Assembly: GCA_035697515.1 (NCBI GenBank)
Contig: DASSCS010000111.1
Coordinates: 4,557-68,556, forward strand
Reading direction: 5' to 3'
DNA: 64,000 nt
Origin: Acidimicrobiales bacterium
GTDB lineage: Bacteria; Actinomycetota; Acidimicrobiia; Acidimicrobiales; VFJN01
Numbering within the stretch: position 1 is the first letter of the stretch; each line of letters starts with the position of its first letter. A program made the translations under genes and the position numbers. The notes under the pieces are model-generated. The model saw only the letters and a program-made list of their open reading frames with translations. It was not told the origin of the DNA and searched no databases. Positions 9,866 to 21,058 of the stretch are shown here, piece after piece.

Positions 9866-10699
9866 ATGCCCGTCCGCATCGTCACCGACTCGTCCGCCGA
9901 CCTGAGCGCCGACGAGGTCGACCGGCTGGGGATCGAGGTCGTGCCGCTGTCGATCCGCTTCGGCGACGAGGAGTACACCGACGGCGTCGACCTCACCGTC
10001 GAGCAGTTCTACGAGAAGCTCGCCTCGTCGGCCGACCTGCCCGAGACCGCGGCCCCCGCGCCCGGCGCGTTCGAGGCGGCGTTCCGGCGCCAGGCCGAGC
10101 GCGGCGCCGACGCCGTCGTGTGCATCAACCTGTCGTCGGGGCTGTCGGCCACGTCCCAGTCGGCGCAGACCGCCGCCTCGGCCGACGAGCTCGACGTGCG
10201 CGTCGTCGACTCGCGGTCGATCACCTCGGGCCTCGGCACCCAGGTCACCCTCGCCGCCGAGTCGGCCGCCGGCGGGGCCTCGGCCGACGAGGTCGTGGCC
10301 TTGGTCGAGAGCCTGGTGGGCCGCACCCACGTCATCGGCGCGCTCGACACCCTCGACAACCTCAAGAAGGGCGGCCGCATCGGCGGCGCCCAGGCCCTGC
10401 TCGGGTCGCTGCTGTCGATCAAGCCCCTGCTCGACATCTCGTCGGGCGAGGTGGCCGAGGCCGGCAAGGCCCGCACGCGCCGCAAGGCGCTCGAGTGGCT
10501 GCGCGACCAGATCTTCGCCCTGCCCGCGGTCGAGCACCTGTGCGTGGCCCACGGCATGGCGCCGGACCTCGACGACATGCTGGCGCTGCTGGCTCCGCGC
10601 TACCCCGCCGACACCATCCGGGTGACCACGATCGGCCCCACCATCGGCACCCATGGCGGACCGCGCGTCATGGGCCTCACGTGGGTCGACCCCGCGTGA
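9866..10699 (+). CDS. DegV family (fatty-acid-binding) protein
   Basis: ATG 9866 gives the typical DegV N-terminus MPVRIVTDSSADL. The upstream part of the track ORF is R/G-rich. Confidence 0.85.
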   Translation: MPVRIVTDSSADLSADEVDRLGIEVVPLSIRFGDEEYTDGVDLTVEQFYEKLASSADLPETAAPAPGAFEAAFRRQAERGADAVVCINLSSGLSATSQSAQTAASADELDVRVVDSRSITSGLGTQVTLAAESAAGGASADEVVALVESLVGRTHVIGALDTLDNLKKGGRIGGAQALLGSLLSIKPLLDISSGEVAEAGKARTRRKALEWLRDQIFALPAVEHLCVAHGMAPDLDDMLALLAPRYPADTIRVTTIGPTIGTHGGPRVMGLTWVDPA

Positions 10700-10702
10700 G
10701 AT

Positions 10703-12370
<1,668 letters not shown>

Positions 12371-12503
12371 CCTACTCTTCCTGGCCATCGATCCCGCCGA
12401 CGACGACCGCAGCCTCGTCACCGCCGCCCAGGCCGGCGACCGCGGCGCGCTCGACGCCCTGCTGCGGCGCCACCACGAGCGGCTGTGGCGGCTGTGCCGG
12501 CGG

Positions 12504-13055
12504 GTGACCGGCGACGACACCGACGCCCAGGACGCCCTGCAGGATGCGCTCATCGCCGTCGCCCGCGGCATCCGCGGCTTCGACGGCCGGTCGAGCTTCA
12601 GCACCTGGTCGTACCGTGTGGCCACCAACGCCTGCCTCGACGAGCTACGTCGGCGACGACGACGGCCGGTCCCGACCGCTCTCGGCGGCGGCACCGCCGG
12701 CGACGGCGACGAGGGTGGCGGCGGCGCCGGGCGGGGGCTGGATCCGCTCGAGCGAGTGGGCACACCCGGCGGTCCGGTGCTGGCGGGCGGGCGCGCCGGA
12801 GTGGTGGCCGACGGCGGCATCGGGGCGGTCGACGGCCGGCTCGACGTCGACGCAGCCCTGGCCCGCGTGCCGGATCCCTACCGCGCCGCCGTCGTCCTGC
12901 GCGACGTCTGCGACCTCGACTACGCGGAGATCGCCCGTGTACTCGACATCCCGGTCGGCACCGTGCGGTCACGCATCGCCCGCGGGCGCGCCCTGCTGTC
13001 CGGCCTGCTGGGGAACCCGGCGGCCCCGTCCGATCGTCCAACCACCAGCCCATGA
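12504..13055 (+). CDS. ECF (sigma-70 family) RNA polymerase sigma factor, SigM-like position
   Basis: Region 2 (DAQDALQDALIAV, FSTWSYRVATNACLDELRRR) and region 4 (DYAEIARVLDIPVGTVRSRIARGR). GTG 12504 is the first canonical start. Recognisable region 2.1 sequence continues upstream in frame to about 12381 (see finding). Confidence 0.8.
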   Translation: MTGDDTDAQDALQDALIAVARGIRGFDGRSSFSTWSYRVATNACLDELRRRRRRPVPTALGGGTAGDGDEGGGGAGRGLDPLERVGTPGGPVLAGGRAGVVADGGIGAVDGRLDVDAALARVPDPYRAAVVLRDVCDLDYAEIARVLDIPVGTVRSRIARGRALLSGLLGNPAAPSDRPTTSP

Positions 13056-14089
13056 CTCCCGACGACCCGCGCCTCCCTCCTCCCGGCGACGCCGGCAGCG
13101 ACATGCCCGACCCCGCCGGCGGCACCCCGGGCAGCCCGGTGAGCGGTCCCGGCGACCCGAGCGCGACCGGACCGGGCGGCGACCCCGTTGCCAGCGGCCC
13201 GGGCGGGCGTGAGGGCGACGACGCCGACCCCGACGTGCTGGCGTCGGCGCTGCTCGACGGGGCGCTCGACGACGCCGACGCCGCAGCCGCCCGGCAGCGC
13301 CCCGACGTCATGGCCCGCATGGCCGAGATCGAATCGACCCGCGCCGCGCTGCGCGGTGCTCCCGTGCCGCCGCCCGACCCGGGAGTGCGGGAGCGGGCCA
13401 TCGCCGCCGCGCTGGCGGCCTTCGACGACGCCGCGTCACCCCCGGCCGCGCGCGCGCCGGTCCGCGACCTCACCGCCCGGCAGTACCGGCGTGGGCCACG
13501 GCGCCGCGGCACACCCCGCTGGCTGGGTGCCGCCGCGGCCGTCGCCGTGCTCGCCGCCGCCGCGGCCGGTCTCGCCACGCTCGGCACGAGCAGCGACAGC
13601 GACGACGTCGCGACCAGCGCTGGAGCGCCAGACGCCGGTGGCAGCGCCTCCGAGGGGGCGCAGGAGGAGTCCGGTGCGGCCGCCGATGCCCCTGCATCGG
13701 GCGGGGGCGCCGACGACGAGACCCTGGTCGAGGAGGTGCCGCCGGGCGCACCGCTCGCGGCCGGTGAGCTGGGCAGCTTCGCCTCGGCCGACGACCTGGT
13801 CGCCGACCTGCGCACGCGGGCCGCTCGGGACGCCGACAGCACCGGCGCGACCGACGGCGGCGGCGAGGCCGCGGCGTCTGCCGGGGACCTGCTCCCCGAC
13901 CTGCGCAGCGGCTGTGGCACCGACCTGCCGGGACCGCTCGAGGACGGCGACGCGGTCGTCCGGCTGTGGGGCACGGCCACGCTCCGGGGCGGACCCGTCG
14001 ACGTGCTCGTGATCCGCACCCCGGACGGCGATCGTGTGGTCGCCCTCGACGCCGGCTGCAACGTCGTGATCGACGAGCCGCTCGGCTGA
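13052..14089 (+). CDS. Anti-sigma factor (single-pass membrane protein)
   Basis: ATG 13052 overlaps the sigma factor's stop (ATGA). The cytoplasmic N-domain (LASALLDGALDDADAAAARQ) is followed by one TM (WLGAAAAVAVLAAAAAGLATLG) and an extracytoplasmic C-domain. The call rests mainly on coupling to the ECF gene. Confidence 0.65.
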   Translation: MTPDDPRLPPPGDAGSDMPDPAGGTPGSPVSGPGDPSATGPGGDPVASGPGGREGDDADPDVLASALLDGALDDADAAAARQRPDVMARMAEIESTRAALRGAPVPPPDPGVRERAIAAALAAFDDAASPPAARAPVRDLTARQYRRGPRRRGTPRWLGAAAAVAVLAAAAAGLATLGTSSDSDDVATSAGAPDAGGSASEGAQEESGAAADAPASGGGADDETLVEEVPPGAPLAAGELGSFASADDLVADLRTRAARDADSTGATDGGGEAAASAGDLLPDLRSGCGTDLPGPLEDGDAVVRLWGTATLRGGPVDVLVIRTPDGDRVVALDAGCNVVIDEPLG

Positions 14090-14193
14090 CCCTCCGCCGG
14101 GCTCCGGGCCGCCGCCGGGTGCCGGGCCCGCTCCCCGTCCGGGCATGCGTGAGGTCCGGGGCCGCGCCGTCCGCGCAAGTAGGCTTGCCCACC

Positions 14194-14574
14194 ATGGCGA
14201 ACGCCACCTCACCAGCCCGATCGGGCCGGCTGCCCGTGCCCCCGCCCCCCCAGCGTGACTGGCCCGCCCAGGCCGCCGACACCATCGAACAGGTGGTCGG
14301 CTCGGTGCGCGACAAGACCACCGGCCCGGCCATCACGGTCGCCCGCGCCGTGGTCTACGGCACCTTCGCCGCCCTCGTGGGCGCCGCGTGCCTGCTGCTG
14401 CTGATCATCGCCTCGGTGCGGATGCTCGACAGCTACCTGCCCGACGCGGTGTTCGGCGAGGAGCACATGTGGGCCGCCTACCTCATCCTCGGGCTCGTGT
14501 TCGTCATTCCCGGCGCCGTGCTGTGGCGCCGCCGCCGCAGCACCGGGGAAGAAGCGGAGCCACGGCAGGGTTGA
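14194..14574 (+). CDS. Small two-TM membrane protein, unknown function
   Basis: ATG 14194. Two hydrophobic helices (VVYGTFAALVGAACLLLLIIASV, AAYLILGLVFVIPGAVLW). No family recognised. Confidence 0.55.
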   Translation: MANATSPARSGRLPVPPPPQRDWPAQAADTIEQVVGSVRDKTTGPAITVARAVVYGTFAALVGAACLLLLIIASVRMLDSYLPDAVFGEEHMWAAYLILGLVFVIPGAVLWRRRRSTGEEAEPRQG

Positions 14575-14637
14575 GCACCACGAGGCTCCTCCCCGCCCGC
14601 ATGACGATCTTCCCCATCCAGACAGGACACAACGCAC

Positions 14638-15606
14638 GTGAGCCGCACCCGCAAGGTCATCATCATCGGCTCGGGCCCCGCAGGGCTCACCGCCGCCGTC
14701 TACGCGGCCCGGGCCAACCTCGAGCCGCTCCTGCTCGAAGGCGAGCCGTCGTCGACCAGCGACCAGCCAGGTGGGCAGCTCATGCTGACCACCGAGGTCG
14801 AGAACTACCCCGGGTTCCCCGAGGGCGTCATGGGCCCGGAGCTCATGACGCGGTTCCGCGAGCAGGCGGTGCGGTTCGGCACAGAGGTCCGCACGGAGAA
14901 GGCGTCCCGGGTCGACCTGTCGGCCCGGCCCTTCGGCGTGTGGGTCGGCGACCCCAACGCCGCCGAGCCCACCTACACGGCCGACGCCCTCATCATCTCG
15001 ACGGGCGCGCAGTCGCTCATGCTGGGCATCGAGCGCGAGTCCGAACTGATCGGCCACGGCGTGTCGACCTGCGCCACGTGCGACGGCTTCTTCTTCCGCG
15101 ACCACGACATCGCTGTGGTCGGCGGCGGCGACTCGGCACTCGAGGAGGCGATCTTCCTCACCAAGTTCGCCCGGTCGGTCACGATCGTCCACCGGCGTGA
15201 CGAGCTGCGGGCCTCGAAGATCATGCAGGAGCGGGCGTTCGCCAACGAGAAGATCCGGTTCCTGTGGAACCACACCGTCGACGCCGTGTCCGGCACGACG
15301 ACGCTCGAGAGCGTGACGGTGCGCAACGTGCTCACCGACGAGACGAGCGAGCTGCCGGTCACCGGCCTGTTCGTCGCGATCGGTCACAAGCCCAACACCG
15401 ACCTGTTCAAGGGGCAGCTCGAGATGGAGGAGTCCGGCTACCTCGTCACCGGCCTGGCCGGCGGCGCCACCACCACGAACGTCGAGGGCGTGTTCGCCTC
15501 CGGCGACGTCCAGGACCACAGGTACCGCCAGGCCATCACCGCCGCCGGATCGGGTTGCCAGGCCGCCATCGACGCCGAACGCTGGCTCGAGGCCCAGGGT
15601 TCCTGA
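14638..15606 (+). CDS. trxB: Thioredoxin-disulfide reductase
   Basis: FAD motif GSGPAGLTAA, redox-active CATCDG and NADPH motif GGGDSALEEA. Confidence 0.95.
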   Translation: MSRTRKVIIIGSGPAGLTAAVYAARANLEPLLLEGEPSSTSDQPGGQLMLTTEVENYPGFPEGVMGPELMTRFREQAVRFGTEVRTEKASRVDLSARPFGVWVGDPNAAEPTYTADALIISTGAQSLMLGIERESELIGHGVSTCATCDGFFFRDHDIAVVGGGDSALEEAIFLTKFARSVTIVHRRDELRASKIMQERAFANEKIRFLWNHTVDAVSGTTTLESVTVRNVLTDETSELPVTGLFVAIGHKPNTDLFKGQLEMEESGYLVTGLAGGATTTNVEGVFASGDVQDHRYRQAITAAGSGCQAAIDAERWLEAQGS

Positions 15607-15717
15607 GCAGGCGATACGGGTATCCGCCCGGCGGGAACATCGCCGAGCGGGACGCTGTTCAGGTCAGTAGTTCTGTCTTCTCCAGGTTCCGCTCCAGCAA
15701 GGAAGGTCACCACCCAC

Positions 15718-16047
15718 ATGGCTGCAAGCATCAGCACTCTCACCGATGCGACGTTCGACGAGACGATCGGGTCGGCCGACGAGCCCGTCGTCGTCGACTT
15801 CTGGGCCGAGTGGTGCGGGCCCTGCAAGATGATCGCCCCGATCCTCGACGAGATCGCCAACGAGCACGCCGGCAAGCTCAGCGTCGCGAAGCTCAACGTG
15901 GACGAGAACCCCGACGTCGCCCGCCGTTTCGACGTGATGAGCATCCCCACGCTCATCGTCTTCAAGGACGGCAGTGCCCAGAAGCGGCTGGTCGGGGCGA
16001 AAGGCAAGGGTCAACTTCTCGCTGAGCTGGATGAATTCCTCCCCTGA
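15718..16047 (+). CDS. trxA: Thioredoxin
   Basis: WCGPC active site ([14 protein letters not shown]). 109 aa. AAGGAAGG lies upstream of the ATG. Confidence 0.95.
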   Translation: MAASISTLTDATFDETIGSADEPVVVDFWAEWCGPCKMIAPILDEIANEHAGKLSVAKLNVDENPDVARRFDVMSIPTLIVFKDGSAQKRLVGAKGKGQLLAELDEFLP

Positions 16048-16067
16048 ACCTCACCCACAGGAGTAAT

Positions 16068-16148
16068 CCACAACCTGTGCGAAAGGTTGTGGACGACTAA
16101 ACCCCAACCTGAGGAGCATCGATCCTCCGGTTGGGGTTTAGTCTTTTT
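16068..16148. terminator. Tandem hairpins forming an intrinsic, potentially bidirectional terminator between convergent trxA and parB
   Basis: Hairpin 1 is CCACAACCT(16068-16076)/AGGTTGTGG(16084-16092). Hairpin 2 is a roughly 20-bp stem, ACTAAACCCCAACCTGAGGA...TCCTCCGGTTGGGGTTTAGT (16096-16142), with one mismatch, followed by TTTTT at 16144-16148. Confidence 0.8.
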
Positions 16149-16240
16149 CAGTCAACCTCGACCACCGGTTCACTACTCTTTGTACGCTACGTAGCGCGAT
16201 CTGGCACGCTACGTGTCGATCGCGCCGGCGGGTCCCGGGG

Positions 16241-17149
16241 TCAGGAGGCGTGGGTGGGCTGCTGGTCGCTGGGCGCCATCACCCGGTAGATGCGCTCCAG
16301 GTCTTCGAGGTCGGCGAACTCGATGACCACCCGGCCGCGCTTCGGTCCCATGTTGATCTTCACCCGGGTGTCGAGCTGTTCGGCCAGCAACTCCTCGAGC
16401 TCGAGCAGGCCCGGAGCGCGCAGCCTGCTACCCGGTGTCCCGCCCTCGGGCTCGGGGCGGGCGCCCGGGCCCTTCGGGGCGTTGTGCTGCCGGATCGCTT
16501 CCTCGGTCTCGCGCACCGTCATCCCCTCGGACACGATGCGGCGAGCAAGCGTCTCCTGGAGGGCTCGGTCCGGCGTGGCGAGCAGCGCCTTGGCGTGCCC
16601 TGCCGAGACCTGCCCGTCGGCGACCATGCGCTGGATCTGGGGCGGGAGCTGAAAGAGGCGCAGCAGGTTGGCGATGCCCGATCGGCTCTTGCCCACCCGG
16701 TGCGCGACGGCCTCCTGCGTCATGTTGAAATCCTCGATGAGCTGCTGGTAGGCAGCCGCCTCCTCGAGGGGGTTCAGATCGTCGCGGTGGAGGTTCTCGA
16801 CCAGGGCGTGCTGCAAGGTCAGCTCGTCGCTCACGTCCCGCACGATGATCGGCATGAACTGCATGCCCGCCCGCTTCGAGGCCCGCCAACGACGTTCGCC
16901 GGCGATGAGTGCGAACCGATCGGGGGCGACCTCGCGCACCAGGATCGGCTGCAGCACGCCCACCTCGCGGATCGATGCCGTCAGGGCGGCGAGCGACTCC
17001 TCGTCGAAATGGCTGCGGGGCTGGTACGGATTCGGCTCGATCTGCGTGATCGGCACCTCGCGGACCCCGGGCAGCGACGGCGGCCCGACGGTGACGTCCT
17101 GGGGGATGAGAGCGCCGAGGCCCTTACCCAGCCCGCTGCGCCGCTCCAC
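16241..17149 (-). CDS. parB: Chromosome partitioning protein ParB
   Basis: N-terminal GLGKGLGALIP, ParB box LIAGERRWRASKRAG and an HTH region. Lies downstream of parA. Confidence 0.95.
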   Translation of the reverse strand: MERRSGLGKGLGALIPQDVTVGPPSLPGVREVPITQIEPNPYQPRSHFDEESLAALTASIREVGVLQPILVREVAPDRFALIAGERRWRASKRAGMQFMPIIVRDVSDELTLQHALVENLHRDDLNPLEEAAAYQQLIEDFNMTQEAVAHRVGKSRSGIANLLRLFQLPPQIQRMVADGQVSAGHAKALLATPDRALQETLARRIVSEGMTVRETEEAIRQHNAPKGPGARPEPEGGTPGSRLRAPGLLELEELLAEQLDTRVKINMGPKRGRVVIEFADLEDLERIYRVMAPSDQQPTHAS

Positions 17150-18179
17150 CGCTCACCTCCAACGCCAGGCTCCGGTAGGCGATCGACCCCCGCGAGGTCG
17201 GATCGAACGTGATGATCGGCTGACCGAACGACGGGGCCTCGCTCAACCGCACCGTGCGGGGGACGATGCTGTTGCACACCTTGTCGCCGAAGTGATCGCG
17301 CACCTCGTGCACGACCTGGTCCGCGAGCTTGGTGCGGGCGTCGTACATGACCAGCACCATGGCGCTCAGCTCGAGGCGGGGGTTGAGATTGCGCTGTACG
17401 AGCTGAACGTTGCGCAGCAGCTGGCCGAGACCCTCGAGCGCGTAGTACTCGCACTGGATGGGCACGATGACCTCGCTGGCGGCGGCGAGGCCGTTGACGG
17501 TCAGCAGGCCCAACGAGGGCGGGCAGTCGATCAGGACGTACTCGTAGTCGTCGCGGATCGAGTCGAGCGCACGCCGTAGGCGCATCTCGCGGCTGAACGC
17601 GGGCACCAGTTCGATCTCCGCGCCGGCGAGGTCGAGCGCCGCCGGAGCGCAGAAGAGGTTCCGCACGGCTGTGGCCTCGACGCAGTCTTCGATCGGCAGG
17701 TCGTTGAGGATGACGTCATACATCGAGGCCTGAAGGTCCCGGATGTTGATGCCGAGGCCGGTGCTGGCGTTGCCTTGCGGATCGAGGTCGACCACCAGGA
17801 CCCGGTAGCCGAGCTCCGCCAGGCACGCGCCGAGGTTGACGGCCGTCGTGGTCTTGCCCACGCCGCCCTTCTGGTTGGCGATGGCGACCATGCGTGGAAG
17901 CGGGCGCTCGAACGGTGTGGGAGCGGAGTCGGGGGCAGGACGGGTGGCGTCGCCGGCCGGTTCGGGCTCGACGACTGCAGGAGAAGGCGTCATCACCTGT
18001 GCAGTCTCGTAGGGGTTCGGGGCTGTCTGATCGCCGCGCAGGTCCTCGAGCGCCGGAATGGCGTCGACCCCTGGCAGTGAGAAGCCGGATCTGCCCGAGG
18101 GCGCCCGGGCCTGAGTGGTGGCATCGGGCGTGCTCTCGGTCATCCGGCACATGTTTCCGGGCCGACGGAGTCGGGTCAA
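17124..18179 (-). CDS. parA: Chromosome partitioning ATPase ParA (Soj)
   Basis: Deviant Walker A KGGVGKTT preceded by an N-terminal extension of about 100 aa, typical of actinobacterial ParA. The true start may be one of the downstream Met codons (18152 or 18143). Confidence 0.9.
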   Translation of the reverse strand: MTRLRRPGNMCRMTESTPDATTQARAPSGRSGFSLPGVDAIPALEDLRGDQTAPNPYETAQVMTPSPAVVEPEPAGDATRPAPDSAPTPFERPLPRMVAIANQKGGVGKTTTAVNLGACLAELGYRVLVVDLDPQGNASTGLGINIRDLQASMYDVILNDLPIEDCVEATAVRNLFCAPAALDLAGAEIELVPAFSREMRLRRALDSIRDDYEYVLIDCPPSLGLLTVNGLAAASEVIVPIQCEYYALEGLGQLLRNVQLVQRNLNPRLELSAMVLVMYDARTKLADQVVHEVRDHFGDKVCNSIVPRTVRLSEAPSFGQPIITFDPTSRGSIAYRSLALEVSGGAAQRAG

Positions 18180-18200
18180 GCCCCGAACACGGCGCTGGGG

Positions 18201-18216
18201 TGTTCCACGTGGAACT
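18201..18216. other. parS: parS centromere site 1
   Basis: tGTTCCACGTGGAACt. The 14-bp palindromic core at 18202-18215 matches the ParB-binding consensus tGTTNCACGTGAAACa except for symmetric C/G changes. It lies 23 bp upstream of the longest parA start. Confidence 0.85.
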
Positions 18217-19161
18217 GCCAGCGTGCGAGCCCGACGCCGGCAGGATACATCGATAGACCCCGAGGCATGTCAAAACCACCCTCCGCGCGAAGCCAGGGGC
18301 TCTGTGCCCCCGACCGTCTGGAGTCACGCCAAGGGTTTCGGGCAGAAACCGTGCCACGGCAGGCGTTGCCGCTTGGACCGTAGGGGGACCCAGCCACGAA
18401 CTCGCGCCATCTGACTGCCGCCGAGGCCATTACGCGCACATGGGGCGATCGCGTGCGGCCAACGGCCGGTGCAGACGAGAGGTAGGAGCACTCAGTCAGC
18501 ACACGACCAACAGATCTTCGGCCTGTCGGACCCGGTGCCAGCTGTACGCGAGCGCCGCTTGCCTCCTCGACTGGGCCGGATCCGGCGGCGGGCTCCGGGT
18601 TGCGGCAAGGGAGTGACGGCTCCCGGTTGGGTGTGTCGACGTCTGACGCACCGCTTGGCGCTCGGCTACACGGCCGACGCTCCGCCGTGGTCAGAGTGCA
18701 CGTCATGGAGCGCGATGGTGCGACGAACCGTGTGCGGGAACGGGCTCAACATTCCGAAGAGCGGCACTCGCTCGCCGCGGAAGCGGTTCCGACGCCCCAG
18801 CGACGTCGACGGATGTGGACCACCTCGCTGCGCCCCACGCCGAGGTGCGGAGCATGGGGCCAGAGTCCGACGCCCAGGTGCTGTACGACGCGGCCCGAGA
18901 GAATCCGTCCCGATGCGCCGGCGCGAACACCAGCAGGTGGCTCGTGTGTGGTTCGCGATGGCTGAGGCCGTGGCGGCCGCCGACGGCGACGCGAGAGCGG
19001 CGTACCCGACGAACCGTGCCGCCACCAGGAGGTTTGAGACCGCGGGCGGCATGCAGAAGGTCAGCTTGGGCCAGCATCGTGCACCACAGCCACCAACCTC
19101 CGGGCGATCTCCTGCGACGCTGCAACGCACGCCCCCAGGGTCGCGGTCCTGGTTTTGAGCG

Positions 19162-19177
19162 TGTTCCACGTGGAACA
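19162..19177. other. parS: parS centromere site 2 (perfect 16-bp palindrome)
   Basis: TGTTCCACGTGGAACA. Confidence 0.85.
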
Positions 19178-19748
19178 TCGGTCGCACCAAGCGTCCTCGA
19201 GTCGCCGCAAGGGGGCCTCCGTCGCTGCATACGAGTTCAACTCACGGGCGGGTTCCCCTGGGCCAACCAGGTATGCATCAGGCGCGGACCCACTTCGTAG
19301 CAGGCGACAGCCAGGTGGCGCCGCCCTGAGCAGGGCTGCGGGCGCCCCTCCACGCCACCAGGCGATCGGCCGTATCAGTTCCATCCTTCGAGGGTGCGTA
19401 GCCGCCGACTGCTGCTCGCACCCCGGGCGCCGGGTGCCGCGCCCGGGGGTGGGCGGCGGGCCGACGAGCCTGCGACCACATGGACAAGGGGCCCGCCAGG
19501 CCGAGCCTGGCGGGCCCCGGCCGTCACCCACTCCACCCGATCTCGCCCCACCGCCCATCGCGGCTGAGGGGCACACTCCGACCTGGGACTCACGCCCTCC
19601 CAAGCTCCGCCTCGCGTGGTCGAGTCCGCGCCACGGAGTCACACGCACACGTGTCAGTTGCGAGCCCTTCGAGCGCCACGCTGTCGGGCTCGAAGCCGCC
19701 AGTGATCAGCCTGCGCCGCCGCCTTGTGCGACGCGGCCATGGCCTGCA

Positions 19749-19764
19749 CGTTCCACGTGGAACA
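19749..19764. other. parS: parS centromere site 3
   Basis: cGTTCCACGTGGAACA, with the identical 14-bp core. Confidence 0.85.
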
Positions 19765-20140
19765 TGTGCATCCGTCGGCAGTAGCCCGATGGCGTCCCGC
19801 CGCAGTGTTGGCCGCCGCCCGCCTGTGCCCGACACACCAGCGTTGGGCATCAGCCGGCGTGGGAAGCCACAGTCCTCGCCGGGCAACCATGCACGGCACC
19901 GCTTTGTGGCGCGAAGCCCGCGAACCCCGCCGTCACGCCACCGCCCACACGATGCGTTCCTCGAGCCCGCGGCGCTCCTGCCCGACCGCACGTCTCCGGT
20001 ACGGGCCGCTTCGCCTCCCGGTGGGCAGTCCGTTTGGCTCACAAGGAACGGCGGCTGCTGCTGCACATTCGTTGGCGATGCTGGAGCGACCACCGCGGCA
20101 GGCCGTGCGGGGCTGGTCAGCGCCCGCCGAGGGTTGCGGA

Positions 20141-20156
20141 TGTTCCACGTGGAACG
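20141..20156. other. parS: parS centromere site 4
   Basis: TGTTCCACGTGGAACg, with the identical 14-bp core. Confidence 0.85.
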
Positions 20157-20396
20157 CCGGAGCCACGCTCCGACGTGGCGCCATAGGCCCTGGTCAGAGC
20201 CACCGGAGTCGCCGCAGACGGCCCCCACTGACGGTACGCCAAACGGCCTCCGTTCCGACCGCCGGGGCAACGAGTGTCCGCCGCCAAGCTGGGGCCGCGC
20301 ACCACCTCGCTCCGCTCGCTTGCAGACAACACGGGATCCCGCCACCCGACCTGCGCCGTGCGCCGAGTGTCGGCGCCCGTCTGTCATCATCGCCAC

Positions 20397-21044
20397 ATGG
20401 CGTATCGCCAGCCACCGTCCGGGCCGCCAGACGAACGGGAGCACGAGCTCGCCGACTTGGCCGACGCCGATCTCCATCGGCAGGTTGCCGGGCTCGAGCG
20501 TGCCACTCGGAGCAACCCGTGCGTCGACGCCATCCTGGCTCGCGCCGGGGCACTCGGCCTACCCGGGTGGTATCTCGGTGCCGGCTGCATCACGAACACC
20601 GTCTGGAACCTTCTGCACGGCTTCGATCCCCGGACAGGCGTCAACGACTACGACCTCGTGTACTTCGACGACGCGGATCTCACGGCGGATGGGGAGCGCT
20701 CGATCGAGGCAGGGGCGCAGGCGCTCTTCGCCGACCTGGGCGTGCGACTCGACGTCACCAACGAAGCTCGCGTGCACCTCTGGTACGAGCGCAGGTTCGG
20801 CCGGGCCCTGGCGCCGTACCGCTCGACCGAGCACGCGATCAGCACCTGGCCCACCACCGCGTCGAGCATCGGCGTACGTCGCGACGCAGGCGGCTTCTCG
20901 GTCTGCGCGCCATTCGGGTTGCGGGACCTGTTTGCGATGGTCGTCCGCGCCAACAAGACGGTCGTGACGCGAGCCGTCTACGAGGCGAAGGTCGAGCGCT
21001 GGTCGACTGTCTGGCCGCGACTCACCGTCGTTCCCTGGGACTGA
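20397..21044 (+). CDS. Nucleotidyltransferase family protein (resembles the PF06042/DUF925 type), unknown function
   Basis: ATG 20397 (MAYRQPPS). The sequence GWYLGAGCITNTVWNLLHG...NDYDLVYFD...RLDVTNEARVHLWYE resembles this uncharacterised NTase family. It is convergent with rsmG. The family call is from memory only. Confidence 0.6.
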   Translation: MAYRQPPSGPPDEREHELADLADADLHRQVAGLERATRSNPCVDAILARAGALGLPGWYLGAGCITNTVWNLLHGFDPRTGVNDYDLVYFDDADLTADGERSIEAGAQALFADLGVRLDVTNEARVHLWYERRFGRALAPYRSTEHAISTWPTTASSIGVRRDAGGFSVCAPFGLRDLFAMVVRANKTVVTRAVYEAKVERWSTVWPRLTVVPWD

Positions 21045-21058
21045 CGCACGGCCGGCGG

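Noticed and set aside
16184-16225. Repeated ACGCTACGT (16184-16192 and 16206-16214), the palindrome CGCTACGTAGCG (16185-16196) and the inverted repeat GCGCGATC/GATCGCGC just downstream of parB. These were considered as an extra parS or ParB site.
   Set aside because: There is no resemblance to the parS consensus used four times nearby. It is most simply a hairpin or terminator region for parB, and I have no evidence for a specific binding function.
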